From: an uncultured Candidatus Rokubacteria bacterium | Lineage (GTDB): Bacteria; Methylomirabilota; Methylomirabilia; Rokubacteriales; DASRDR01 | Direction: 5' to 3' | DNA length: 64,000 bases | Assembly (NCBI GenBank): GCA_963826115.1 | Contig: CAWGVS010000005.1 | Location: 1-64,000 of the forward strand | Part shown: positions 20,412 through 28,939 of the stretch, piece after piece | How positions within the stretch are numbered: position 1 is the first letter of the stretch | How the letters are laid out: each line of letters begins with the position of its first letter | Made by a program: the position numbers and the translations under genes | Notes under the pieces: model-generated | Database searches by the model: none | What the model was told of the DNA's origin: nothing | Seen by the model: only the letters and a program-made list of their open reading frames with translations

Positions 20412-21175
20412 GGGCCCTCGCCCAGGTACGCGGCGATGACCGCGGGGTCCCGCCGGACGGCGGCCGGCGGGCCCTCGGCGATCTTCTCGCCGTGGTTCAG
20501 CACGACGACGCGGTCGGAGACGCCCATGACCACGCGGATGTGGTGCTCGACCAGCAGGATGGCGAGGCCCCGGTCGCGGAGGGCCCGGATGAGCGCCATC
20601 AGCTCGTCGGCCTCTCCGGTGCTCATGCCGGCCGCCGGCTCGTCGAGGAGGAGCACGCTCGGCTCGACGGCGAGGGCCCGCGCGAGCTCGACGCGCTTCT
20701 GGTCGCCGTAGGGGAGGCTCCGCGCGAGCTCGCCGGCCCGCCCGCCGAGCCCGACCTCCTCCAGCAGCGCGGCGACGCGCCCGTCGGTCTCCCGGCGGTC
20801 GCGGCGGAAGCCCGGCGTGCGGAGAAGCGCCCCGACCAGGCCCGAGCGCGTCCGCCCGTAGCGGGCGACGCGGACGTTCTCGCCGACGGTCAGGTCGCGG
20901 AAGAGCCGGATGTTCTGGAACGTGCGCGCGATGCCGAGGCCGGCGCGCGCGTGCGGGGCGAGGGCCGACACGGGCGCGCCCCGGAGGCGCACGTCGCCGC
21001 CGGTCGGGCGGTAGAGCCCCGTGACGACGTTGAAGATCGTGGTCTTCCCGGCGCCGTTCGGGCCGATGATCGAGAGGATCTCGCCCGCGCCGACCGACAG
21101 CGAGACCCCCGAGACCGCGCGGATCCCGCCGAAGCGGACCGAGAGCTCCCGCACCTCGAGGACCGGCGCCGTCAC
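20408..21175 (-). CDS. livG: Branched-chain amino acid ABC transporter ATP-binding protein
   Basis: IGPNGAGKTT, ARTFQNIRLF, LPYGDQKRVELARAL, LDEPAAGM, VIAAYLG. Confidence 0.92.
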   Translation of the reverse strand: MTAPVLEVRELSVRFGGIRAVSGVSLSVGAGEILSIIGPNGAGKTTIFNVVTGLYRPTGGDVRLRGAPVSALAPHARAGLGIARTFQNIRLFRDLTVGENVRVARYGRTRSGLVGALLRTPGFRRDRRETDGRVAALLEEVGLGGRAGELARSLPYGDQKRVELARALAVEPSVLLLDEPAAGMSTGEADELMALIRALRDRGLAILLVEHHIRVVMGVSDRVVVLNHGEKIAEGPPAAVRRDPAVIAAYLGEGP

Positions 21176-22116
21176 GCGGGACGCCTCGTGAGGCCGAGCG
21201 ACAGCCCGCCCAGGAGTCCCTGCGGCCGGAAGAGAATCAGGCCGAGGAGGATCGCGCCGTAGATGACCATCCGGTACTCGGCGAGGAAGCGGAAGACCTC
21301 GGGCGCCACCGTCAGCACCACCGCGCCCGCGATCGAGCCCTCGACGCTCCCCATGCCGCCGAAGACCAGGAGCGAGAGGACCAGGATCGACTCGACGAGC
21401 GTGAACGAGCCCGGGCTCACGAAGGTCGCGTAGTGGGCGAAGAACGCGCCGGCCACGCCGGCCAGCGCGGCGGACAGCGTGAAGGTCGCCACCTTGAGGC
21501 GCGTGGTGGGGACGCCGAGGGCCTCCGCCGCGATCTCGTCGTCCCGGATGGCCTGGATCGCCTCGCCGAAGCTCGAGTTCACGAGGCGCGAGACCACCAG
21601 GGTCGCCAGCACGACGAGGGCGAGGATCAGGTAGTACTGGCGCGCCGGCGTCCCGAGGTCGATCCCGAGGATCGCGGGGCTGGGGATCGCCGGGATGCCG
21701 AGCGGACCCCGGGTCAGCGAGAGCCAGTTGAGCAGGATCAGGTGGATGATCTCGCCGAACCCGAGCGTCGCCATCGCGAGGTAGATGCCCCCCAGACGCA
21801 GCGTCGGGAGGCCGATCAGGAAGCCCGCCATGCCCGCCGTCACCGCCGCCGCCGCGAGGTTCAGGACGAACGGGCTGCCCCAGTTCACGCCCATCAGGGC
21901 GGCGGTGTACGCGCCGATCCCGTAGAAGCCGGCGTGACCGAGCGAGAACTGGCCGCAGAAGCCGGTCACCAGGCTGAGCGAGAGCGTCAGGATGACGTAG
22001 ATCCCCGCCAGGACCGCCACGTGCAGCACGTACGGCGACCGCGTGACCGCCGGCAGCAAGAGCGCCGCGACCAGCACGACCCCGAGGATCACCCGCTGCC
22101 ACACCGGCGTCAGCAA
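21172..22116 (-). CDS. livM: Branched-chain amino acid ABC transporter permease
   Basis: GQFSLGHAGFYGIGAY, LRLGGIYLAMATLGFGEI, AIRDDEIAA, GGMGS, RPQGLLG; start uncertain (TTG). Confidence 0.9.
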   Translation of the reverse strand: MLTPVWQRVILGVVLVAALLLPAVTRSPYVLHVAVLAGIYVILTLSLSLVTGFCGQFSLGHAGFYGIGAYTAALMGVNWGSPFVLNLAAAAVTAGMAGFLIGLPTLRLGGIYLAMATLGFGEIIHLILLNWLSLTRGPLGIPAIPSPAILGIDLGTPARQYYLILALVVLATLVVSRLVNSSFGEAIQAIRDDEIAAEALGVPTTRLKVATFTLSAALAGVAGAFFAHYATFVSPGSFTLVESILVLSLLVFGGMGSVEGSIAGAVVLTVAPEVFRFLAEYRMVIYGAILLGLILFRPQGLLGGLSLGLTRRPA

Positions 22117-22123
22117 TCGACCG

Positions 22124-22239
22124 CCCAAATTGGGGTCAGGCCTTAGCTTTGGCGCTCGGCCGACCAAACTGGGGGTCAGGCCTTGACTTTGATTCGGGGC
22201 CGGGCCCGCCAAAGTTGAGGCCTGACCCCGACTTTGATG
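22124..22239. repeat. Cluster of three REP-like palindromic units (two direct, one inverted) between livH and livM
   Basis: CCCAAATTGGGGTCAGGCCTTAGCTTTGGCG (22124-22154); CCAAACTGGGGGTCAGGCCTTGACTTTGATT (22164-22194); inverted CATCAAAGTCGGGGTCAGGCCTCAACTTTGG (22209-22239). Confidence 0.85.
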
Positions 22240-22265
22240 TTTGGCGGGTGGGGGGCAACGGGGGG

Positions 22266-23177
22266 TCAGACCTTGCGGATCTCGGGGGTGCCGAGGAGAC
22301 CGGAGGGCTTCACGATCAGGACGAGGATCAGGAGGCTGAAGGCGACGATGTCGCGGTAGCCGGACCAGAAGACCGCGGTGGCCGCGGTCTCCGCGGTCCC
22401 GAGGAGAAAGCCGCCGAGGATCGCGCCGGGGAGGCTCCCCATGCCGCCGATCACCATCGCGGTGAAGCCCTTCAGGCCCGCCGAGTAGCCCATGCCGATG
22501 TCGACCGAGTTGTAGTAGATCCCGGTCAGCACCCCGCCGACGCCGCCGACCGCCGCGCCCACGCCGAAGGCGAGCGCCACCACGCGGTTGGTGTCGATGC
22601 CCATCAGCCCGGCGACCCGGCCGTCCTGGGCGATCGCGCGCATCGCGAGCCCGAGGCGCGTCCGCCGGAGCATCGCCTGGAGGAGAACCAGGAGCACGAG
22701 CGCGATCCCCGTGATCGTCAGCTCGAGCGTCGAGATCTGGGCGCCCCCCACCTCGACCATGCGGACCGGGAAGGGGCTCGGGAAGGCGCGCGTGTCGGGC
22801 CCGAACACGATCAGGATCAGGTGGTCCAGGATCGTCGCGGCGCCGAGCGTCGCCAGCAACGCGGCAATGGGCGGCGCGTTCCTCACCCGGAGCGGCTGGA
22901 GCGCGGTCCGCTCGAGCAGCATCCCGATCAGGCCGACCAGGAACATCGAGCCCAGTATCGGCACGAAGAGCCCGAGGCCCAGGCCCACCGCGAAGACGGC
23001 GCCGAGGTACGCGCCCCACATCACGAGCGACCCCTGGGCGAAGTTGACGACGTCCAGGATCGAGAACGTGATCGCGAGCCCGATGGCGATGAGGGCGTAC
23101 AGGCTGCCCAGCGTGAGCGCGTTGATCGCCTGCTGGAGGAGCACGACGCCGATGGTACCGAACCTGTCCGCGCGCAC
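22266..23177 (-). CDS. livH: Branched-chain amino acid ABC transporter permease
   Basis: GSLYALIAIGL...VNFAQG, TRLGLAMRAIAQD, IGGMGSLPGA, KPSGLLG. Confidence 0.92.
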   Translation of the reverse strand: MRADRFGTIGVVLLQQAINALTLGSLYALIAIGLAITFSILDVVNFAQGSLVMWGAYLGAVFAVGLGLGLFVPILGSMFLVGLIGMLLERTALQPLRVRNAPPIAALLATLGAATILDHLILIVFGPDTRAFPSPFPVRMVEVGGAQISTLELTITGIALVLLVLLQAMLRRTRLGLAMRAIAQDGRVAGLMGIDTNRVVALAFGVGAAVGGVGGVLTGIYYNSVDIGMGYSAGLKGFTAMVIGGMGSLPGAILGGFLLGTAETAATAVFWSGYRDIVAFSLLILVLIVKPSGLLGTPEIRKV

Positions 23178-23243
23178 GCAACCGGCCGCGTCGCGGCCCG
23201 GGCGCCCGCGAGGCCTCGATCGAGTCTGCTATGCTAGGCCCCC

Positions 23244-24221
23244 GTGACCGGCCCCGCGCGACGTCTCGGCGCCTTCCTGTCCCCCCGGGAGCACCTCGCG
23301 ACCGCCTGCGACCTCGCCCACCGCGCGGACTCGCTGGGCTACGACAGCGTGTGGCTGACCCACGGCGTGGCCCGGGACGGGTTCCTCGTCCTCGCGGCGT
23401 ACGCTCACGCGACCACGCGCATCGGGCTCGGCACCGGCGTCATCCCGATCTACCCGCGCCATCCCGTCGCCATGGCGCAGGAGGCGTCGACGCTGATGGA
23501 GCTCTCCGGCGGCCGGCTGCGGCTCGGCATCGGGCTGAGCCACCGGCCGACGATGGTCGACGCCCTGGGCCTCGACATGGGGGAGCCGCTCCTGGTGATG
23601 CGCGAGTACGTGGCCGTGCTCCGGCAGGCGCTCCACGGTGAGGCGAGCTTCGAGGGACGCTACTACCGGGTCCGCTGGACGGGCGCGTTCCGGGCGCCGG
23701 CGCCGCCGGTGCTCCTGGCCGGCCTCGCGCCGCCCATGCTCGAGCTCGCGGGCGAGCTGGCCGACGGCGTGGTGCTCTGGCTCGCGTCGCCGGCCTACGT
23801 GCGCGACGTCGCCGTGCCCGCCCTCGCGCGCGGGCGGGCCCGGGCGGGGAAGCCGCTCGAGGGATTCGAGGTGGCGGCGGCGGTGCCGCTCGCGGTCACC
23901 GACGACCACGCGGGCGCGACCCGCCTGTTCCGCGAGGAGCTGGTGCGCTACCTCTCGCTCCCGTTCTACCGGGCCATGTTCCGGGCGGGCGGCTTCGCCG
24001 ACGCCGTGGCCGCGTTCGACCGGGACCGGAAGCCCGGACGGGACGCCGACGCGGTGCCGGGCGTGCTGGTCGAGGCGCTCGGCGGGATCGGGGACGCGCG
24101 CCGGGCGCGCGCCGAGGTGGACCTGTACCGCGCGGCCGGCGTGACGCTGCCGGTCGTCCGGCCGATCGGCCCGCCCGAGGCGCCCCACGCGCGGGGAACG
24201 CTCGAGGCGGTGGCCCCGTGA
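23244..24221 (+). CDS. LLM class (luciferase-like) flavin/F420-dependent oxidoreductase
   Basis: GYDSVW, TTRIGLGTGVIPIYPRHP, SGGRLRLGIGLSH, ELAGELADG. Confidence 0.9.
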   Translation: MTGPARRLGAFLSPREHLATACDLAHRADSLGYDSVWLTHGVARDGFLVLAAYAHATTRIGLGTGVIPIYPRHPVAMAQEASTLMELSGGRLRLGIGLSHRPTMVDALGLDMGEPLLVMREYVAVLRQALHGEASFEGRYYRVRWTGAFRAPAPPVLLAGLAPPMLELAGELADGVVLWLASPAYVRDVAVPALARGRARAGKPLEGFEVAAAVPLAVTDDHAGATRLFREELVRYLSLPFYRAMFRAGGFADAVAAFDRDRKPGRDADAVPGVLVEALGGIGDARRARAEVDLYRAAGVTLPVVRPIGPPEAPHARGTLEAVAP

Positions 24222-24254
24222 CCGCGGGCCGCGCGCCGCGCTGAGGAGAGTCGG

Positions 24255-24963
24255 ATGCCGCTCCTGGGGCAGGGAGTTCTCGCGATCTGGCACACGATCA
24301 CGCCGGAGGGCGAGCCGGAGTACTGGCGCTGGCACGACCGCGAGCACATTCCGGAGCGCGTGGGGGTGCCCGGGTTCCTCCGCGGGCGGCGCTACCGGAG
24401 CCTCGAGCGCACGCTCGACTACCTGGACCTCTACGAGGTCGAGAGCCCCGAGACCCTCCGGAGCGCGCCCTATCTGGCGCGCCTGAACGACCCGACGCCC
24501 TGGACGCGCCGGATGGTCCCGCACTTCCTCAACACGCTGCGGGTCGGGTACCGCGTGGCGGCGAGCGCGGGCCGCGGCCAGGGCGGCGTGCTCCTGACCG
24601 CGCGGCTCGCCGTCGACGGCGGCGCCGCGGGCCGCCCGCGCGCTCTCCAGGCCTCGAGCCTCGCTGCCATCCAGGACGTGACCGGCGTCATCGCCGTCCA
24701 CGTGCTCGACGCGACGCCCGAGGTCACGAGCATCGCCACCGAGGAGAAGCGGCTCCGCGGCCCGGGCGACCGGGACCGCGGCGCGGTGGAGCCGTGGTGC
24801 CTCCTCGTGGAGGCGGACGACGCGGCGGTGCTCGCCGAGCTCCGGGCGGGGCCGCTTGCCGACGTCGCGCCTCCGCGCCGGCGGCGCCGAGCTGCGCGCC
24901 GTCGAGGCGTACCAGCTCCAGATCAGCATCGACCCCGAGCGAGGAGATCCGAAATGGCGTTGA
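24255..24963 (+). CDS. DUF4286/EthD-like protein, paralog 1 (frameshift at ~24870)
   Basis: YWRWHDREHIPERVGVPGFLRGRRY; alternate frame gives LRAGGAELRAVEAYQLQISIDPERGDPKWR*, matching the paralog 2 C-terminus. Confidence 0.75.
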
Positions 24964-25646
24964 TCGGACAGGGCGTCCTCATCATCTGGCACGCGATGAC
25001 CCCCGAGGGCGACCTCGAGATGATCCGGTGGCACGACCGGGAGCACGTCGCCGAGCGCGTGGGCATCCCCGGGTTCCTGCGCGGCCGCCGCTACGACACG
25101 CCCGCCGGGACCCGCGAGTATCTGGACATCTACGAGACCGAGAGCTTCGAGACGGTGCGGAGCGCGCCGTACATCCTGCGGCTCAATTTTCCGAGCGAGT
25201 GGTCCAGGCGCGTCCTGCCCCACTTCCGGAATACCGTGCGCCTCGGCTGCCAGACGGTGCTGACGACGGGCCGCGGCCAGGGCGGCGGGCTCCTGACGCT
25301 CCGGGCCCGTCCCGCGCCCGGGCGCGCGGACGCCGCGGAGCGCTGGCTTCGGGAGACGCTCCCGGCCGCGCTCCTCGACGAGACCGGCGTCGTGGGCGTC
25401 CATCTCCTGCACACGGTGCCGGCGACGACGCAGGTGAAGACGAACGAGGGCAAGCTGAAGGGCGGGGAGGTCGCCAAGAGCGAGGAGCCCTGGCCGTGGG
25501 TCCTCCTCGTGGAGACCGGCGGCCCCGCCTTCTCGCAGGCGATCGCCGATCGCCACTTCAAGGCGGCCGACCTCCAGAGCCACGGCGTGGCCGGGGACGC
25601 CGTCCTCGCGTCGCACCGCCTCCAGCTCTCGATGGACGAAGCGTAG
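24954..25646 (+). CDS. DUF4286/EthD-like protein, paralog 2
   Basis: MALIGQGVLIIWH...WHDREHVAERVGIPGFLRGRRY; GAGGAG RBS upstream. Confidence 0.8.
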   Translation: MALIGQGVLIIWHAMTPEGDLEMIRWHDREHVAERVGIPGFLRGRRYDTPAGTREYLDIYETESFETVRSAPYILRLNFPSEWSRRVLPHFRNTVRLGCQTVLTTGRGQGGGLLTLRARPAPGRADAAERWLRETLPAALLDETGVVGVHLLHTVPATTQVKTNEGKLKGGEVAKSEEPWPWVLLVETGGPAFSQAIADRHFKAADLQSHGVAGDAVLASHRLQLSMDEA

Positions 25647-25673
25647 CGGTTCGTCACACCGGACAAACCCGTC

Positions 25674-26597
25674 GTGTCGGTCATCGCCGGGGTCGGCGCC
25701 GCCTTCGTCCAGGGCGTCCTGCCGGTGCTTCTCATCGGCGGCCTCGGGTACCTGGTTGGCCGGGCGCGGACGCTCGACCTCGCGCCGATCACGGGGCTGA
25801 CCGTGCTGGTGCTCGTTCCGGCCATCGTGTTCGACTCGCTCGCGCGGGCGACGCTCCCGCGGGACGTCCTGTCGCGCCTCGTGCTCCACGTCGCGCTCCA
25901 GATGGCGATCCTGTGGGGAGTCACGGTCCTCGTCGCGCGGCTCGTGGGCTGGAGCGGCCCGGCGGAGAGCGGGCTCCTCCTGGCGACGCTCTTCTCCAAC
26001 TCCGGGAACATCGGGCTGCCGCTGGCGCTCTTCGCATTCGGGCCCGACGGCCTCGCGGTGGCCGGCGGCTGGTTTGCCGCCATGTCGATCGCGTCCAGCA
26101 CGGTTGGCCCCTACCTGGCCGCCCGGGCGCAGGTCGGCGTCCGGGGCGCCCTCGGTCGCGTGGCCCGCCAGCCGATCATCTACGCGGTCGCCGCCGGCGT
26201 GATCGTGAACCTCTCCGGGTGGACGCTCCCCGGACCCGTCGCGAACGCGAGCCGGCTCCTGGCCGGCGGGGCGGTCGCGCTCATGCTCCTGCTCCTCGGC
26301 CTCCAGCTGGCGCGGCTCACGGTCAGGGAAGAGGCGTCGGGAGCGGCGCTCGCGACGGTCATCCGCCTCGCCGTGGCCCCGCCCGTCGCCTGGGCCGTCG
26401 GGCGGCTGGTCGGGCTCGAGGGCATGGCGTTCGCGGTGGCGGTGATCCAGGCGAGCACGCCGACGTCGATCACGTCGGCCCTCTGGGCGCTCGAGTTCGA
26501 CGCGCGCCCGGCGCTGGTCTCGGCGGCGGTGGTGCTGTCGACCGTGGTCAGCGTGGTGACGCTGACCGTGCTGCTCGCGCTGCTGACGGTCCGCTGA
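25674..26597 (+). CDS. AEC (auxin efflux carrier/malate permease) family transporter
   Basis: FSNSGNIGLPL, QPIIYA, QASTPTS, VVLSTVVS; about 10 TM segments. Confidence 0.9.
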   Translation: MSVIAGVGAAFVQGVLPVLLIGGLGYLVGRARTLDLAPITGLTVLVLVPAIVFDSLARATLPRDVLSRLVLHVALQMAILWGVTVLVARLVGWSGPAESGLLLATLFSNSGNIGLPLALFAFGPDGLAVAGGWFAAMSIASSTVGPYLAARAQVGVRGALGRVARQPIIYAVAAGVIVNLSGWTLPGPVANASRLLAGGAVALMLLLLGLQLARLTVREEASGAALATVIRLAVAPPVAWAVGRLVGLEGMAFAVAVIQASTPTSITSALWALEFDARPALVSAAVVLSTVVSVVTLTVLLALLTVR

Positions 26598-26600
26598 CCG

Positions 26601-26777
26601 TCACTCGATCACCCGGTCGGCCCGCAGGATCAGCGCCGGCGGGATGGCGAGGCCCAGGGTCCGGGCCGTCCGGCGATTGACGATCAGCTCGAACTTCGTC
26701 GCCTGGACGATGGGCAGGTCCCCCGGCCTGGCGCCCCTGAGGATCTTGTCGACGTAGCTCGCGGCCTGGCGCGCCGG
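26601..26777 (-). pseudogene. C-terminal remnant of an ABC_sub_bind substrate-binding protein
   Basis: [56 protein letters not shown]; no start codon; paralogous to 30182-30360. Confidence 0.85.
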
Positions 26778-27368
26778 CTATCGTGCCGGCCGGGCGGTCA
26801 CGCCCTCGCGGGCGAGGCGGCCGAAGGCGTCGGGGGTCATGCGGAAGACCGTCCACTCCTCCATCGCCTTGGCGCCGAGCTTGAAGTAGAGGTCGCGGGC
26901 CGGCGTGTTCCAGTCGAGGACGGACCACTCCATCCGGCCGCACTTCCGCTCGAGGGCGATCTCGGCGAGCCGGGTCAGGAGGCGGCTCCCGATCCCGCCG
27001 CGGCGCTCCGCCGGGACGACGAAGAGGTCCTCCAGGTAGAGGGTGGGCCGGGCCTTGAAGGTCGAGAACGAGTAGAAGTAGAGCGCGAAGCCGAGCGCGC
27101 GCCCGTCCCGCTCGGCGAGGATCGCCTCGTAGACGCGCCGCGGCCCGAAGCCGTGCTCGAGGAGGAGGGCCTCGGTCGCCTCGACCTCGTGCGCGAGGCG
27201 CTCGTACTCCGCGATGCCCCGGATCAGGCCGAGGATCGTCTTCACGTCCGCCCGGGTCGCCGGGCGCAGCGTGACCTCGCCGGGCCCGCCCTTCGCCGCG
27301 GCCGGGCGCCGGACGGCCGCGCGCGCCGGCTTCCTGGGCTTCGGGGCGGCTCGGCGCCTCTTCGTCAT
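26778..27368 (-). CDS. GNAT N-acetyltransferase (spermidine/diamine acetyltransferase-like)
   Basis: IAEYERL, FALYFYSFSTF, LYLEDLFVVP..RRGGIG, MEWSVLDWNTPA. Confidence 0.9.
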   Translation of the reverse strand: MTKRRRAAPKPRKPARAAVRRPAAAKGGPGEVTLRPATRADVKTILGLIRGIAEYERLAHEVEATEALLLEHGFGPRRVYEAILAERDGRALGFALYFYSFSTFKARPTLYLEDLFVVPAERRGGIGSRLLTRLAEIALERKCGRMEWSVLDWNTPARDLYFKLGAKAMEEWTVFRMTPDAFGRLAREGVTARPAR

Positions 27369-27670
27369 CAGTGGAGCTCCACGATCTTGTCGCCGGCCTT
27401 CTTCATCGAGATGATGATGTCGGTGCCGTCGAGCGCGTTGACGAGCGAGGTGCGGTCCGGGCAGCGGAGGAAGAAGGCCCGGGCGAGCCAGAGCTGGTGG
27501 AGGAGCTTCCGGGGCTCGGTGTGGGACGGCCGGCCCTCGACGCGGAAGAGGACGGCCGTCCCGTTCCCGCGCGGGAAGCAGTCGACCGTCGATTCCAGGA
27601 ACTCGCCCTCGATGTACTTCTTCACCTCGTCCATCATCCAGGGCTCGATCCGCTCTCCCGCCATCGCCAT
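27368..27670 (-). CDS. Hypothetical protein (~100 aa)
   Basis: MAMAGERIEPWMMDEVKKYIEGEF...; strong GC3 codon bias, GGAG RBS, stop overlaps the GNAT start (TGATG). Confidence 0.75.
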   Translation of the reverse strand: MAMAGERIEPWMMDEVKKYIEGEFLESTVDCFPRGNGTAVLFRVEGRPSHTEPRKLLHQLWLARAFFLRCPDRTSLVNALDGTDIIISMKKAGDKIVELH

Positions 27671-27706
27671 GGCCACTCTCCACCCGGGCCGCGTCGCGAA
27701 GGTTTG

Positions 27707-28837
27707 CTACTTCCCCCAGGGCGCGATCGCGGCGCGGCTGATCTTGTGCGGGCTGTGCTGGCGGCCCAGCCACTCGGCCTCGCGGAACGCGTCGCTGATC
27801 TTCTCCAGCGGGTAGACGTGCGAGATGACCTCGGTGAACGGGTACTTCCGCTGGTTCTTCTCGAGGAACGTGAGCCCGCGCTGGATCGCCCACGGATCGT
27901 ACTGGATCATCCCGACGATCGTCTGCGACCGCCAGACGATCGACGCCGGGTGGAACTCGAACTTGTGCCCGGGGCTGATGTGGCCGATCTCGAGGTAGGT
28001 CCCGCCGCTCTTGAGCATCTGGAGCCCCTCGGGAATGACGCTCGGGAAGCCGACGAAGTCGCAGACGACGTCCGCGCCCCAGCCGCGCGTCAGCTCCTTC
28101 ACCGCGGCCACGCGGTCCTCGGGGCGGGAGAGCTCCTGCAGGCTCAGCGTGTGGTCGGCGCCGAACCGCCGGGCGAGCTCGAGGCGCTCCGGGATCTGGT
28201 CGATGACGATGATGTTGGCCGCGCCCATCTCCTTGGCGACGGCGGCGGCGTTGAGCCCGAGGCCGCCCGCGCCCTGGAGGACGACCGTGTCGCCGACCCG
28301 GACGCGCACCTTGTCCAGCCCGTAGAGCACCTGGGCGAGGGCGCAGTTGACCGGCGTGGCGACGTCGTCGGAGATGCTGTCCGGCACCTTGTACACGAAG
28401 TGGCCGGGGCGCAGGTAGAAGTACTCGCCGTAGGAGCCGACGAAGTGCGGCGGGTCGTCCGCGTAGCGCGTGCCGCGCCGCTTGTTGGGGCAGGCGGCCC
28501 GGTGACCGTCGAGGCACGCGGGGCAGCGCTCGCAGGGGTAGAAGTAGCAGTAGGTGACCCGGTCGCCCTCCTTCAGCGGGGCGCCCGTCGAGTCCTTCGA
28601 GACGTTCTTCCCGAGCCGCTCGATCACGCCGCACATCTCGTGGCCGAAGGTCTGGCCGCGGTCCGGCGCGCCGATCAGGTCCTGCAGCTCGCCGCGCCAG
28701 ATGTGGAGGTCCGAGCCGCAGATCCCGCCGCGCGTGATGCGGACCAGGGCGGCGTCCGGCTCGACCTCCGGGACGGTGTACTCCCGGATGTCGAAGTCGG
28801 CGCTGAACTTCGTCATGACGGCGAGGCGGCCCTTCAT
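27707..28837 (-). CDS. Zinc-binding MDR alcohol dehydrogenase
   Basis: GICGSDLH, GHE, CERCPAC...C, GAGGLG; AAGGAG RBS. Confidence 0.92.
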   Translation of the reverse strand: MKGRLAVMTKFSADFDIREYTVPEVEPDAALVRITRGGICGSDLHIWRGELQDLIGAPDRGQTFGHEMCGVIERLGKNVSKDSTGAPLKEGDRVTYCYFYPCERCPACLDGHRAACPNKRRGTRYADDPPHFVGSYGEYFYLRPGHFVYKVPDSISDDVATPVNCALAQVLYGLDKVRVRVGDTVVLQGAGGLGLNAAAVAKEMGAANIIVIDQIPERLELARRFGADHTLSLQELSRPEDRVAAVKELTRGWGADVVCDFVGFPSVIPEGLQMLKSGGTYLEIGHISPGHKFEFHPASIVWRSQTIVGMIQYDPWAIQRGLTFLEKNQRKYPFTEVISHVYPLEKISDAFREAEWLGRQHSPHKISRAAIAPWGK

Positions 28838-28939
28838 TCGTCGATCTCCTTCTGGCTCGGCCGGCGCGCCTCGGGCCTCCGGCCGTTCGGACGGCCCTCG
28901 GCCGGTGGCGGGACGCGGCGGCTCACGGGTCGGTGCGCG

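Noticed and set aside
22124-22239. Repeat cluster as a mini CRISPR array
   Set aside because: Only three units with 9-14 nt gaps, one inverted; related units are dispersed elsewhere; no cas genes in the window.
24255-25646. 463-aa internally duplicated fusion protein
   Set aside because: The junction reads as out-of-frame Arg-rich text. A one-base shift restores a paralog-like C-terminus and stop at 24963, and the second half has its own RBS and ATG.
26601-27368. Amber read-through fusing the GNAT to the in-frame binding-protein fragment
   Set aside because: In-frame by a 1-in-3 chance; no pyl genes or recoding signal seen, and the fusion makes no structural sense.
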